A stretch of 62,938 bases of DNA, filler included, from Octopus bimaculoides (taxonomy: Eukaryota): assembly GCF_001194135.2 (NCBI RefSeq). It is 11 parts of 8 records of this genome, joined end to end, with 100 filler letters (N's around TTAATTAATTAA, not from the genome) between each part and the next. Parts side by side here need not be neighbours in the genome. Positions count along the whole stretch, not along the records: positions 40,350 to 45,993 come from NC_069004.1; positions 46,094 to 50,920 come from NC_068996.1; positions 51,021 to 56,640 come from NC_069000.1; 8 more parts are not named here. One strand, written 5' to 3'. The translations under genes were made by a program, and so were the position numbers. Numbering within the stretch: position 1 is the first letter of the stretch; each line of letters starts with the position of its first letter. Shown here piece by piece: positions 40,350 to 52,545 of the stretch. The notes under the pieces were generated by a model. That model worked only from the letters and a program-made list of their open reading frames with translations. It made no database searches and had not been told where the DNA came from.

Positions 40350-41757
40350 TATATATATATATATATATCATATATCATATATATATGTTTATATATCATA
40401 TACATATATATATATATACATACATTTTTTTAATTAATTTTTCGATTTTTTTTCTTTATAATTTCGAAATATTTTGTTTTATATCACAGTTTAAAATATG
40501 GACAGTCCGAATTTTGGGGTTAAATTCCATCAATAGACCATTACATGTGATTATGGGAAGGAAGATTTTGAAAAACATCAATACGTCAGAGTGACAAACA
40601 AACGAGGGGGATAAGAAATGGTCGTGAGATGTACTAAAAATAACAGCTAAATAGCCCTTAAGTCACACACACACAAAATTTTGTTAGGGGATCATAACTG
40701 TATGAATTCCCGTGCGTAAAACACAAATTCATAAAAATTTTCTGAAAATTCCAAAAAACAGAAAATATTATGAAGGGTTATATAGCTTGGTTGAAGAAGA
40801 ATTCTGTCCAGTATTACAATAATTCTACTTGTCACTCCGTTAATTAGCCCATCCGTAACACTTCCACGTGGTTAGTTGAAGGGGGAGGAGAAGAAAGGGG
40901 AAAAGAGAGATGGGGAAGGGAGGAGGTATGGGGATGGGAGAGCAGTTGGAGGAAGAGGTGGTGGTGAGTGAAATGTGTAATTTTATTTCTTTTAATTAAG
41001 TTCGTTACTTAGTCCGTCTGTAACGCTTTCACATTGAAGGCGAAATGCGAAAGAAAAAGGAGGGAGAAAAAAGGTAAGATGAAGAATGAGAGAGAAAGAG
41101 GGAGAGTGCTATGTATTAAGCCTATAAAATTATGCATAAAGTACATAAAGTGTATAGATAAAGTGCATTAATCATCGTATTCCAATTTCCTTCACTTTTC
41201 AATGAATAGCAGACGATCGACTATCCTTTAATACAGACACAACACAGGCTACGCTTTCAGATATTTTGGATAAACTTTTCAGAAATAACCCAGTTAGTTT
41301 ACCATCAATTCCGTAAAATATTCACGGTTCCCACAAGTATTCATTAAAAGAATTAGGTTAACGAATGCAATTTTTGTGGTTAAAACGGTGAGTTAGGTTG
41401 AGCAAGATACTTATAAAAACCGTTTACTGACAGCAACTAAAATACAACATACGTTTCGCGGAGTGTAACGATTACAACGGTCATGAATGAAATGTGGCAT
41501 CAAAGACTTTTCTGTGAAGAAGTAAGGTCACAAGCTTAGAAATAATACATTTCTAAATCTCTCATAGAGATTTATGCAGTAGTGATACGATGAAGTAGTT
41601 GTATGCTGTCAACTTAATGTGACAGTCCCCTGAAGGGAATACTACTACTGCTGGTTAGACCTAGGAAGCTGCACCGCTTCCTGTCGGCCTTGACACATTT
41701 CCTGTGTCCTTATGTTTACAAGGGGGAGACAAGCACCTCCACTCAGCTAAGCCAGCA

Positions 41758-41800
41758 TCCAGAGACATGTTTCTGGGTCTTTGCTCGTCATCAGTCTGGA
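41758..41800 (-). ncRNA. Minimal type I hammerhead-like motif with damaged helix II
   Basis: tccaga-CTGATGA-cgagcaaagaccca-GAAAC-AT-GTC-tctgga. Helix I is a perfect 6 bp, the core is intact and helix III is the palindrome ACATGT, but helix II does not pair well. Confidence 0.6.
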
Positions 41801-42758
41801 GTAGCAATGGCCTGCTAGTTGGAGATGCCTGTCAAGCTCTNNNNNNNNNNNNNNNNNNNNNNNNNNNNNNNNNNNNNNNNNNNNNNNNNNNNNNNNNNNN
41901 NNNNNNNNNNNNNNNNNNNNNNNNNNNNNNNNNNNNNNNNNNNNNNNNNNNNNNNNNNNNNNNNNNNNNNNNNNNNNNNNNNNNNNNNNNNNNNNNNNNN
42001 NNNNNNNNNNNNNNNNNNNNNNNNNNNNNNNNNNNNNNNNNNNNNNNNNNNNNNNNNNNNNNNNNNNNNNNNNNNNNNNNNNNNNNNNNNNNNNNNNNNN
42101 NNNNNNNNNNNNNNNNNNNNNNNNNNNNNNNNNNNNNNNNNNNNNNNNNNNNNNNNNNNNNNNNNNNNNNNNNNNNNNNNNNNNNNNNNNNNNNNNNNNN
42201 NNNNNNNNNNNNNNNNNNNNNNNNNNNNNNNNNNNNNNNNNNNNNNNNNNNNNNNNNNNNNNNNNNNNNNNNNNNNNNNNNNNNNNNNNNNNNNNNNNNN
42301 NNNNNNNNNNNNNNNNNNNNNNNNNNNNNNNNNNNNNNNNNNNNNNNNNNNNNNNNNNNNNNNNNNNNNNNNNNNNNNNNNNNNNNNNNNNNNNNNNNNN
42401 NNNNNNNNNNNCATTATCAGCCTCAATATGGCAGTGATTAAATGACAGCTTTACCAGCATCACATTTTGGAAATGATTCTTTTGCCATACTAAAGCAAGA
42501 AATACTTTTTTAAAAAATACCTGATGAATAAAAAAAAAAAAACCTGGAGTTGTTAAAAGATGCTAAAACATGATCGAATTTGTGTATAATTTCAAACGCC
42601 CATGGGAAGCATTACACGTGTAGTAAAAAAAAAACATCTGACCCGAGATATTATCTTTCTTAACGACAAGAAATTGGAGATAAAACAACACATTCTATGC
42701 TACCATCTAAACGTAAGATTACTCTGCGATAAACACACAGGCACACGCACACACTCAT

Positions 42759-42811
<53 letters not shown>

Positions 42812-42904
42812 TGTGAAAGTGAAGGTGCATGGCTCAGCGGTTAGAGTGTAGGGTTGAGAATCGCGAGGTTGTGAGTTCGATTCACGGACCGGGCTGTGTT
42901 GTGT

Positions 42905-44200
42905 TCTACTGTGTTGTGTTCATCGCTTTCGGTCAAGGTTCCAAAACTGCCAAGGTCGCTCGCGACATTTGTGTTGTGTACAGAGAATGCTCTATTATTG
43001 AAAGAATTGCACAGAAATGGTTTTCACACTTCAAGGATGAGACTCTCCACATCACGGCCGATCTATTCAGTTCGATGAGGATCGATTGAGCGAGCTCATC
43101 CACGAGGATCGCATCAATCCACTGAGGAATTAGCCGGTAGGTCAGATGCTCTTTTAATACCATCGACCGTCACCTCCAATTGAGGTCTCAAGACTCGGTG
43201 CTTGAATGCCATACATTCTGAACAAAAAGGACACACGCATCAGCGTTCCTCTTTTGTCGTCAGTTTGCTCGATCGACACCAGGCTACTCATGGACACAGA
43301 GATTTATATACTACATCGTTACCAGCGATGAGAAATAATGTCTTTACGTCGAGGAAAGAATGACTGAGCCCTGAAAAACTAGCAACACCTTGAAGCAAGT
43401 CAGAAGAGCATCCCCACAAGACAATGATCTGCCTTTCGTTAAATTGGAAAGGACTAGGCACTCCGTCGCTTACGACGTCGAGGGTTCCAGTTGATCCGAT
43501 CAACGGAACAGCCTGCTCGTGAAATTAACGTGCTAGTGGCTGAGCAATCCACAGACACGTGTACCCTTAACGTAGTTCTCGGGGATATTCAGCGTGACAA
43601 GGCTGGCCCTTTGAATTACAGGTACAACAGAAACAGGAAGTAAGAGTGAGAGAAAGTTGTGGTGAAAGAGTACAGCAGGGTTCGCCACCATCCCCTGCCA
43701 GATCCTCGTGGAGTTTTAGGTGTTTTCGCTCAATAAACACTCACAACGCCCGGTCTGAGAATCGAAACCGCGATCCTATGACCGCGAGTCCGCTGTCCTA
43801 ACCACTGGGCCATTGCGCCTCCACGGAAAGGACTAATCCACTATGAAATGCTTGAAGACAACCACACTGCCAATGCAATGTTTTACGTTCAGTAAATGCA
43901 CCAGCTCAACGAGGCAGTCCAGCTAAAACGATCCGATGTGCTTCTTGACCACGACAACGCTCACCCCAAAGTCGCTTATTTGATAAAAATGCTATTCAAG
44001 TGCTCGGTTGGGAAGTTCTTCCGGAGTCACCCGTAATTTTCCTGATATAGTACTTTCAAATTATTACCTTTAACAGTCGCTCGCCGACAGTCTACGAGGG
44101 ATTGATGAATTATTCGAGTCAAGACCCTGAGATTTTTCGGCAGGAAATCATGAACAGTGATGGGTTAAAATTGTGGTTGAATTATAAGGATTATAATAAA
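42905..44200 (+). mobile_element. Near-full-length degenerate mariner transposase interrupted by a SINE
   Basis: N-terminal HTH (GQGSKTAKVARDICVVY...ERIAQKWFSHFK), IVTSDEK, HPHKTMICL..NWKGLIHYEML, HDNAHPKVA and LGWEVLP motifs appear in order. Confidence 0.9.
43457..43824 (-). mobile_element. Full-length 368-bp tRNA-derived SINE with 11-bp TSD
   Basis: TSD GGAAAGGACTA at 43446-43456 and 43825-43835. The head ggcgcaatggcccagtggttagg...gtttcgattc carries A/B boxes. Confidence 0.93.
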
Positions 44201-44231
44201 TGGAGAAAAACGAATTATTCATCTAACAACT

Positions 44232-44276
<45 letters not shown>

Positions 44277-45045
44277 TAGGTAGGTAGGTAGATAGATAGA
44301 TGATGGATGGATACNNNNNNNNNNACATAGAAACATCTCCTTCATCAGCTGCCACCATTAAAACACCGGCGTTTCGAAGAATTAAGGCAGTGCGCATCGT
44401 TGAAATGTTTCTTCCCACGAACACAAATTAAATTATTTTCAGCTTAGAGGTTCGGCTAGGAGGGCCGATGAAATAAGTGCCATGGTTAAAAAATATATAT
44501 ATAAATACTGCAATCGAGTTGTTCAGCAAAAGCCTTCAGAGTTGTGCTCCTGCATGACCGCGCTCCAAGGACTGAAGCAAGTAAAATGTAAAAGTGAGTT
44601 TAATTTTAGCTTTAGTTTAATTTTTCTCTCATCAATTATTTGTGGACTTTTACTATTCCTAAAACAAGATAACTAACTATTAATGTTGCTTGGATGCAGA
44701 TCAGCGCTCCGACCACGATTATTCCTTTTCTGCAGAGGTGGGGAAACTGTGTTTGGTGTAACGTTCGGCTGTTGTTTCTAGTAGATTCAGTTGTTACGTA
44801 AATGGCCTCCCATTGCCACGTTAAGAAACCGGGGGTTTTATGAAAACATTTGTGTAGGCGGTGGTTTATATCCTTATGTAGGATTGGTTATATCATTTTA
44901 TTCAATTAGAACATAATGGAAACTGCTCACATACATTCATACGCTTATACACACAACTTACACACACACACACAATCACACGTCAAAACACGTTTTTATT
45001 ATCATGTGCTCGTATGTGCTTATGCGTCACACACATATACGCACG

Positions 45046-45082
<37 letters not shown>

Positions 45083-45105
45083 ACACACACACATACACAC
45101 ATACA

Positions 45106-45139
<34 letters not shown>

Positions 45140-45267
45140 CATACATACATACATACATATGTGTATGTATATAATTTTCCTCTCAAATATTTGAGTTAGG
45201 TTTAGATATAACTTTCATTTCTATAGCTTGAATTCTGACAGTAAACAAATACTTATTTCGGTCGGAA

Positions 45268-45697
45268 ATGGCCGAAAATCCAAACGACGATAGAAATATA
45301 AACCCCGAAAATAGATTGTGTCAAGAGCAAGCTAATCCCAATGTTAAATTATTAGGATTAGAGGGAAAGACCTCCTTCATAATCTATCTTCTTTCAATAA
45401 TAGCCCAGTTATCGGTTTTGTCAGTCGGATATGATTTGGGGGCGTCTTCAGGGGCTCTACTTCTTGTTAAAGATGCAATGCATCTTTCAACCACTTGGCA
45501 ACAGTTAGTCATGGCTGGACCTTTACCTATCGCTGTCATTATTTCCATAATTGCCGCCAAAATCAGCGACAAATTTGGCCGAAGAAAAACAATTATGGCG
45601 AGCAGTGTTTCGTATCTTGTTGGATCTATTGTTACCGGGAGTGCAGTGAACCAATATATGCTTCTTTGTGGACGATTTATGGTGGGTTTCGGATTCG
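45268..45697 (+). CDS. SLC2A13: First coding exon of a proton myo-inositol cotransporter-like (SLC2A13/HMIT-like) MFS sugar transporter
   Basis: ATG at 45268; sugar-porter motifs GYDLG..SGA, D(K)FGRRK and GRFMVGFGFG; donor G|GTAAGC at 45698, phase 1. As recalled, HMIT exon 1 also ends at GRxxVGxGxG. A candidate upstream acceptor (tgacag) ends at 45241. Orthologue vs paralogue is not resolved. Confidence 0.85.
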
Positions 45698-45993
45698 GTA
45701 AGCAGAATGTAATTTGATTATTCTTGTTCTTAATTTAACATCAAGTCTTTACACTTACAGTGTTCGTTTATTTTTATTTGTTTTTTATTGTAGAATTTTG
45801 TTGTCTTTCTTTTGTTGTTTTATTGGAGAACTTTGTGTATATTGTGAACCATTGCATGAATTCCATGAACAAAATATATGGGTGACAGCGCGAAAACAAA
45901 CATCATTCTAAATGCCCGTCTACTTTTTAAGCGTTTCAAACGTGACCATCCTGTTTTTTTTAACCCAGATCTTCCAAGTGTCTCATGCAGCTA

Positions 45994-46093
45994 NNNNNNN
46001 NNNNNNNNNNNNNNNNNNNNNNNNNNNNNNNNNNNNNTTAATTAATTAANNNNNNNNNNNNNNNNNNNNNNNNNNNNNNNNNNNNNNNNNNNN
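45994..46093. other. Artificial scaffold linker
   Basis: 44N + TTAATTAATTAA (46038-46049) + 44N. Confidence 0.97.
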
Positions 46094-46202
46094 CATGGAC
46101 AACTGTATGTTGGCTGCTCAAGAGTGGGCAGCAACAAAAAACCTATTTGTATATGCTCCACAAGGGAAAACAAGGAACATAGTTTACAATGAGGTGTTAT
46201 AA
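46094..46202 (+). mobile_element. C-terminus of a Helitron Rep/PIF1-like helicase (one +1 frameshift)
   Basis: HGQLYVGCSRVGSNK-(extra A)-NLFVYAPQGKTRNIVYNEVL* matches the Helitron helicase end HGQLYVAxSRV...KTxNIVYxEVL. Confidence 0.88.
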
Positions 46203-46321
46203 TCACAACAGCAAGAAAGTATGTACATGATCACCTTCTTTTACGAAACTTCATTGACTTTCATATATTTATATTGATATACATATATATACGTGTGTTT
46301 GGGTGCGTGTGTGTATATACA

Positions 46322-46412
46322 TCTCTATATATAAAGATGATGCGTAGTCTAGACGGCATTTTTAGATTTCATTATTCTCTTTAACCCGGGCAACACCGGG
46401 TATTTCTGCTAG
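46322..46412 (+). mobile_element. 91-bp mini-Helitron
   Basis: A|TCTCTATATATAAAG 5' end, subterminal hairpin acccgg-gcaaca-ccgggt, CTAG|T 3' end, no TSD. Confidence 0.85.
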
Positions 46413-46852
46413 TATATATATATAATATCTTTCCAGCTGAGGTAGCCATGTGTCTCTTCTCTTGCAAGACATCCATCCCTGTCCTTCGATTTGTAAACTA
46501 ACCTTGCATCTCTTGGAACAATGCCACCTTCTTCAATACTACTTCCCCTCTCAGTCAAGAGGATCTTTCTCTTGCAAGGTATTTGGCAACCTCACTGACG
46601 CTGGTGCCACATAAAGTAGTTGACATTAGGAAGGGAATCCGACCATAAAAGCCATACCAAAGCCGACAGCAGAGCTTGGTGTAAGTCCACTGTCATGCCA
46701 GCCAGCTTCTGTCAAACCATTCAGCCCATGCCAGCATGGAAAATGGACATTAGATGATAATGTTAATCCAATCATATGTATATAATCCAGCTGATTATAT
46801 ACATATATCATATATATAATCTTATATGATATAAGATTATATATAATCTTAT

Positions 46853-47223
46853 ACTCTTTTAATTGTTTCGGTCACTGAGGCCATGCTAGAGCACCGCCTT
46901 TTAGTCAAGCAAATCAACCCCAGGACTTATTCTTTGTAAGCCTAGTAATTATTCTATCAGTCTCTTTTTGCTGAACTGCTACGTTACGGGGACGTAAACA
47001 CACCAGCATCGGTTGTCAAACGATGGTGGAGTGGGGGACAAACAGACACACATACATATATATATACATATATACGATGGGCTTCTTTCAGTTTCCGTCT
47101 ACCAAATCCACTCACAAGGCTTTGGTCAGCCTGAGGCTATGGTAGAAGACACTTGCCCAAGGTGCCATGCAGTGGGACTGAACCCGGAACCATGTGGTTG
47201 GTAAGCAAGCTACTTACCACACA
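46853..47223 (-). mobile_element. Composite CORE-like SINE, near full length
   Basis: Aligns end to end with 26814-27137 and 52085-52545. Confidence 0.88.
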
Positions 47224-47494
47224 TACACCTATTTGTATGTATATATATAGATGCTCAGCTCTTCGAAACGCCGGTGTTAAAACGGGGGTAGCTGATGAAG
47301 GAAAATATTCTCTATATGGCCTGTGTGTTTTCTGTACTCTGATTACCATTATTTTCTTGTCTACATTTTGTTTGCAATGTCCTGTACCCAGATATGCACC
47401 TATACATACAGGTGGATGTAGGTATGCACATACCTGTACGTATATATGCATACACTCATTTACTATTTGTTTTTATATATATATATATTTATAT

Positions 47495-47770
47495 GTGCCG
47501 CTGGACTGGCTCCTGTGCAGGTGGCATGTAAAATACACCATTTTGGGTGTGGCCATTGCCAGTACCTCCTGACTGGCCTTCATGCCGGTGGCACATAAAA
47601 GCACCCACTACACTCTCTGAGTGGTTGGTGTTAGGAAGGGCATCCAGCTGTAGAAACTCTGCCAGATCAGATTGGAGCCAGGTGTAGCCATCTGGTTTCA
47701 CCAGTCCTCAGTCAAATCGTCCAACCCATACTAGCATGGAAATCAGACGTTAAACGATGATGATGATGAC
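47495..47770 (+). mobile_element. SINE with ggaagggcatcc core and (GAT)n tail
   Basis: gagtggttggtgttaggaagggcatccagctg...gacgttaaacgatgatgatgat. Confidence 0.88.
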
Positions 47771-48649
47771 AATGTTATTACATAAAAAATAAAAACACAC
47801 ACTCAATAAAAAAAAATTGAGAGAAAAAAGAAAAATGTGTTAAAAAAAAAGGTGAAATTTTAAGGTAAAAATCAAAACACTGCAAAATTAAACGCAAGGA
47901 TGTTTGTAAAGATAATCTTGAAAAGAAGCAAAAGTAGATAAATCTGATGATGAAAATATGGAGATAATCATATACAGTTGAAAAATCAGAATCCGGAATC
48001 CCAAAATTGTAGACCAAAATCAGAGAGATTTCAAATGTGGACATGAGACAGCAGAAATGGAAAATTCTACAAAATACTGATATCAGGTTTTGCTAAGTCT
48101 CTTTTGTACAGTAAATATTATCATTTTATTCCCATGATGCACTGTCAATATTCTCCCTAATTCTCACCTTCATGTCCCTTCACAGAGTGATCCAGCTAAT
48201 CATTACGGTTTTACCTCCTTCAACCATGTAATCTTATCTACATCAAGGCATCTCCCTCTATTTGAAAAAAAAGTAATTAATATTATGAAGGGCATCCAAT
48301 TATAAAAACCATACCAAAGATGACAGCAGAGTTTGGTGTAGGCCTCCCTTGCCAGCCGGCTCCCGTCAAACCATCCAACCCATGTCAGTGTCACCAAATT
48401 TTACATGATACCAACATACGGTGTGTATGTTTTTGCTATCTTGCATTGCTTTATTTAGCAGAGCGACTATCTCTTTTGGGTTGAAGATTTTCGATTTTCT
48501 TCATCAACACCTCAAATTGTATCACGTAACTTTCTTTCAATGCTTGTATTTTGGTGAAAATAGATGTGAATGAATTCAGACTCTCTAGATGACAATTCAA
48601 TAATGCCGTCTGCCAAATCATCATCATTGATTAATGTCCGCTTTCCAAG

Positions 48650-49090
48650 CTAGCATGGGTTGGATGATTTGACTAAGGACTGGTGAAACCAGATGGCTAC
48701 ACCAGGCTCCAATCTGATTTGGCAGAGTTTCTACAGTTGGAGGCCCTTCCTAATGCCAACCACTCTGAGAGTGTAGTGGGTCCTTTGTTGGACTGAGGAC
48801 TGGTGAACCAGATGGCCACACCAGGCTCCAATCTGATCTGGCAGAGTTTCTACAGTTGGAGGCCCTTCCTAATGCCAACCACTCCAAGAGTGTAGTGGGT
48901 GCTTTGTTAGACGATTTGACTGAGGACAGGTGAACCAGATGGCCTCACCAGGCTCCAATCTGATCTGGCAGTTTCTACAGCTGGATGCCCTTCCTAACAA
49001 CAACCACTCTGAGGGTGTAGTGGGTGCTTTGTTGGATGATTGACTGAGGACTGGTGAAACCAGATGGTTACACCAGGCTCCAATCTAATT
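48650..49090 (-). repeat. ~120-bp tandem array (about 3.5 copies) derived from a SINE internal segment
   Basis: gactgaggactggtgaa(a)ccagatggc...ccactc..agagtgtagtgggt units recur at roughly 48670, 48790, 48920 and 49040. Confidence 0.88.
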
Positions 49091-49774
49091 AGGACAAGCG
49101 TGGGATCAAAGAACTGGTAGAAAAGTGGCCCCTACTTTAAATTCTCAGCTGCTCTTTTTGTAATTTGAGAAATAAAGGGAATAATTTACCGAAATATTGT
49201 ACATGTAAACGGTTTCATTTCATATATGCAAATATTAAAACCCTAAATTCAATATGAAACAAAACCCACAAGAGTTTGGGCCCCAGGATAAAGATTTTCA
49301 ATTGTATATGTTAAAAAACTGTAATAGAGGGTGAAAAACTGTTTTAGAATTAATAAAGTTTGAATTAGATGGATATAATTAAGTAAAAAGGCTCGTTAGA
49401 ACAGGTTGGAGCACATAATCCATGCAAATGAGAACAGAACGGGGGAGTAAAAAGACTAAAGGAAAGAACCAAGGTATACGCGTGCGGTCTACGACTTCAG
49501 TTGTGCCAGGAAGATTCGCGTGGTGGAAAGGATGATACGCTTCGATATGTGGCTCCGCTTGGTTTAATATGCGGGCTTTGGTAGTCCTTTATCTGAAGAA
49601 TGTCAGAGAAAGCAATTTCAAGAGAATAAAGAATGAAGGACTAACGACTAAAGATGAAACTGGTAGAAAAGAAAGGGAAGGATTTTTTTGGTAGATTTGC
49701 GTAATGCTGGTGGTTTCAAAAAAGGATGAAATGATACTAAGCATAAATCTTTATCGTTTCTCTGTTTAAACGTT

Positions 49775-50063
49775 TCAGTCATTTGGCTGCGGCCATGCTG
49801 GAGCACCGCCTTCGGTTGAGTAAATCGATCCCGGGACTAATTCTTTGTTAAGCCTGGTACTTATTCCATCGGTCTCTCTTTTTGCCGAAACCGCTTGGTT
49901 ACGGGGGATGTAAACACACCAGCATCGGTCGTCAAGCGATGTTGGGGGGGACAAACACAGACACACAAACATATATATATACATATATACGATGGGCTTC
50001 TTTCAGTTTCCGGCTACCAAATCGACTGGTAAGCAAGCTACTTACCACAGAGCCACTCATGCG

Positions 50064-50129
<66 letters not shown>

Positions 50130-50430
50130 CATGATGGGCTTCTTTCAGTTTCCGTCTACCAAATCCACTCACATGGCTTTGGTTGGCCCGAGGCTATAGT
50201 AGAAGACACTTGCCCAAGATACCACGCAGTGGGACTGAACCCGGAACCATGTGGTTGGTAAGCAAGCTACTTAACACACAGCCGCTCCTGCGCCTATATA
50301 TACATATATACGGCGGGCTTCTTTCAATTTACGTCTACCAAATCCACTTGCCCAACGTACCACGCAGTGGGACTGAACTCGGAACCATGTGGTTGGTAAG
50401 CAAGCTACTTACCACACAGGCACTCCTACA
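49775..50430 (-). mobile_element. Composite SINE with three tandem head/core copies separated by (TA)n
   Basis: gggcttctttca...ggtaagcaagctactta modules at ~49993, ~50135 and ~50313; the first and third have internal deletions. Confidence 0.82.
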
Positions 50431-50439
50431 CACACACAC

Positions 50440-50471
<32 letters not shown>

Positions 50472-50479
50472 GTATATAG

Positions 50480-50840
50480 CATCCTAAACACACCAAAATA
50501 AATATCCCATTCAATCTAGCTAAAAGGATCTGTACGATTGTATCTGACACAACCATTCGGGAACTTCGCTTGCAAGAACTCAAAATAACACGCATTGTAC
50601 GTCAATACACACCTATACTTATAGACCATGGAATTAAAAGTGCCTAGAAATTGGACACAAACACACTAAGGACAAGAAAACAGAACACTACACCTCACCT
50701 TAAATCACACTCTTACATATTAACTGAGAACCGCAGAAACAATGAAGCATAGAACATAATTATACAATATCTTCCTCTGCTCACTCAAGACCTGAAAATG
50801 AACAGCATCCTAAATACACACAATTGTGAAGATATCTTCA
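50480..50840 (+). mobile_element. Penelope-like element RT thumb/linker fragment
   Basis: HPKHTKINIPFNLAKRICTIVSD...RLQELK...LIDHGIK, typical of the PLE HP.H.K.NIP motif; in-frame stops follow. Confidence 0.72.
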
Positions 50841-50888
50841 CATGAAACCATTGGTTGCCTTGTAAATTCACAAATAAGAAAAAAGTCT

Positions 50889-50920
<32 letters not shown>

Positions 50921-51020
50921 NNNNNNNNNNNNNNNNNNNNNNNNNNNNNNNNNNNNNNNNNNNNTTAATTAATTAANNNNNNNNNNNNNNNNNNNNNNNN
51001 NNNNNNNNNNNNNNNNNNNN
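50921..51020. other. Artificial scaffold linker
   Basis: 44N + TTAATTAATTAA (50965-50976) + 44N. Confidence 0.97.
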
Positions 51021-51051
<31 letters not shown>

Positions 51052-52084
51052 AACACTATCCAATGTACTCTTCCTCTTGCAAGGTGTCAGAATGCACTTT
51101 GAAGGATATTTGGTTGTTACGTCTAGTAGATTGAAGCAACTGCGTAATCGCTTTGCTATTGGCTCGTTAATGAAGTCCTTTGGTCGGCTGTTCTCTCTTT
51201 TTGAACTTCTGTAGCTGATCAATCAGTTACTTCAATATCCTGCACCTCCACCCTCCACACACCAACATAAAAACACAAAAGAACAGATGTAGGTCATTAT
51301 TAAGAATTATTGAAAGGGAAGTATCTGAGCAAGCATCTAATTAAGATAGGTCTTTCCAAATTTTAATTTTTTTATTTTTCGTTTGTTCTTCTTCTTCACC
51401 AACTCCTTCATTTTTCGTTCCTTCACAAAAGATCTTTCGGTAAGGAATATAATTTCTTTTTCACTCTTTCATACCAAAAAGTTAAAATACTATGTTGTAT
51501 TTTACTTCATATTAATATATTTATAGTTTTAATTTTGGTTTTCTGTGCAAGAAAGAAACACTCATACATTATTGAATTCATTCTTCAGCCTGCATTTTCA
51601 TTAGTCACATTAGTTTTGCATTGATTCTTTTGTTTAGGTATTTAGTTCTTAGAATCATACCACCGAGTGCTAACAACAGTTATTTTAGATAGTTTTCGCT
51701 TCGTTTCGTCTCGTTTCATGTTTTTTCTTTACATTTTGTTTTGCAACACTTTTTTTTTCTCCATGCGTGTTAGTTCACAATGAGGCACTTCCGTTAATGT
51801 TCACTTATCTGGAAGAATGAAAACAAAATACAAAACAAAGAAAATCTAGAAAACAAACGGAAAAGAAAAAACATTGAAAAGTATGAGTGAAATATATTCA
51901 AAAATACTTAAAACATCACTATTAATCATTGAATCATATTTTCAACCTAATCAAGAGTTTTGATTTGAATATAAAACCAAACAAAATTATAAAACTGTTG
52001 AATAGTTTACTATTTAAGTACGGCTATACGGTTTGCAGTAGATGCAGTGTTCGATATTCGTAGGCGATGTCGAAGCATTTTCGT

Positions 52085-52261
52085 TTCTGGCGTGGCTGTG
52101 CGATAAGAAGTTTGCTTCCCAATCACATGGTTCTCTGTTCAATCCCACTGCGTAGCACCTTGAGAAAATGTCTTCTATTATAACCTAGGGTCGACCAAAG
52201 CTTTGTGAGTGGATTTGGTAGAGGGAAACTGAAAGAAGCCTCACGTATACATACATATACA

Positions 52262-52331
<70 letters not shown>

Positions 52332-52545
52332 TGTGTGTCTGTGCCCATTTTTGTTCCGCACCGCCGCTTGGCAACCGGCGTTGGTGTGTTTACGTCCGTG
52401 TAATTAGCGGTTCGGCAAAAAATAGATAAAATAAGTGTCAGGCTTAAAAAGAAAATAAGTTAAGGGTCGATTAGTTCTACTAAAATTCCTCACGGTGGTG
52501 CCCCAGCATGACCACAGTTTAATGACTGCAATTAGTAAAAGATAA
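52085..52545 (+). mobile_element. Composite CORE-like SINE with internal (TG)n(AG)n
   Basis: Head, core accttgagaaaatgtcttc, microsatellite and tail ccccagcatgaccacag. Confidence 0.85.

Noticed and set aside
43740-43824. tRNA gene (ggcgcaatggcccagtggttagg... on the minus strand)
   Set aside because: It is the head of a TSD-flanked SINE and continues directly into the SINE body; it lacks a clean acceptor stem. The same applies to the other tRNA-like heads.
44335-47310. Type II hammerhead in ttcttcgaaacgccggtgtt...agctgatgaagga (copies at 44335-44385 minus and 47257-47305 plus)
   Set aside because: GAAAC and CUGAUGA are in permuted order, but no helix I can form between them in either copy. 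Kept only as a repeat motif.
48670-49060. CTGAGGA...GAAAC as hammerheads in the tandem array
   Set aside because: Only 5 nt separate the two motifs, there is no GUH or helix I, and the sequence is ordinary SINE body.
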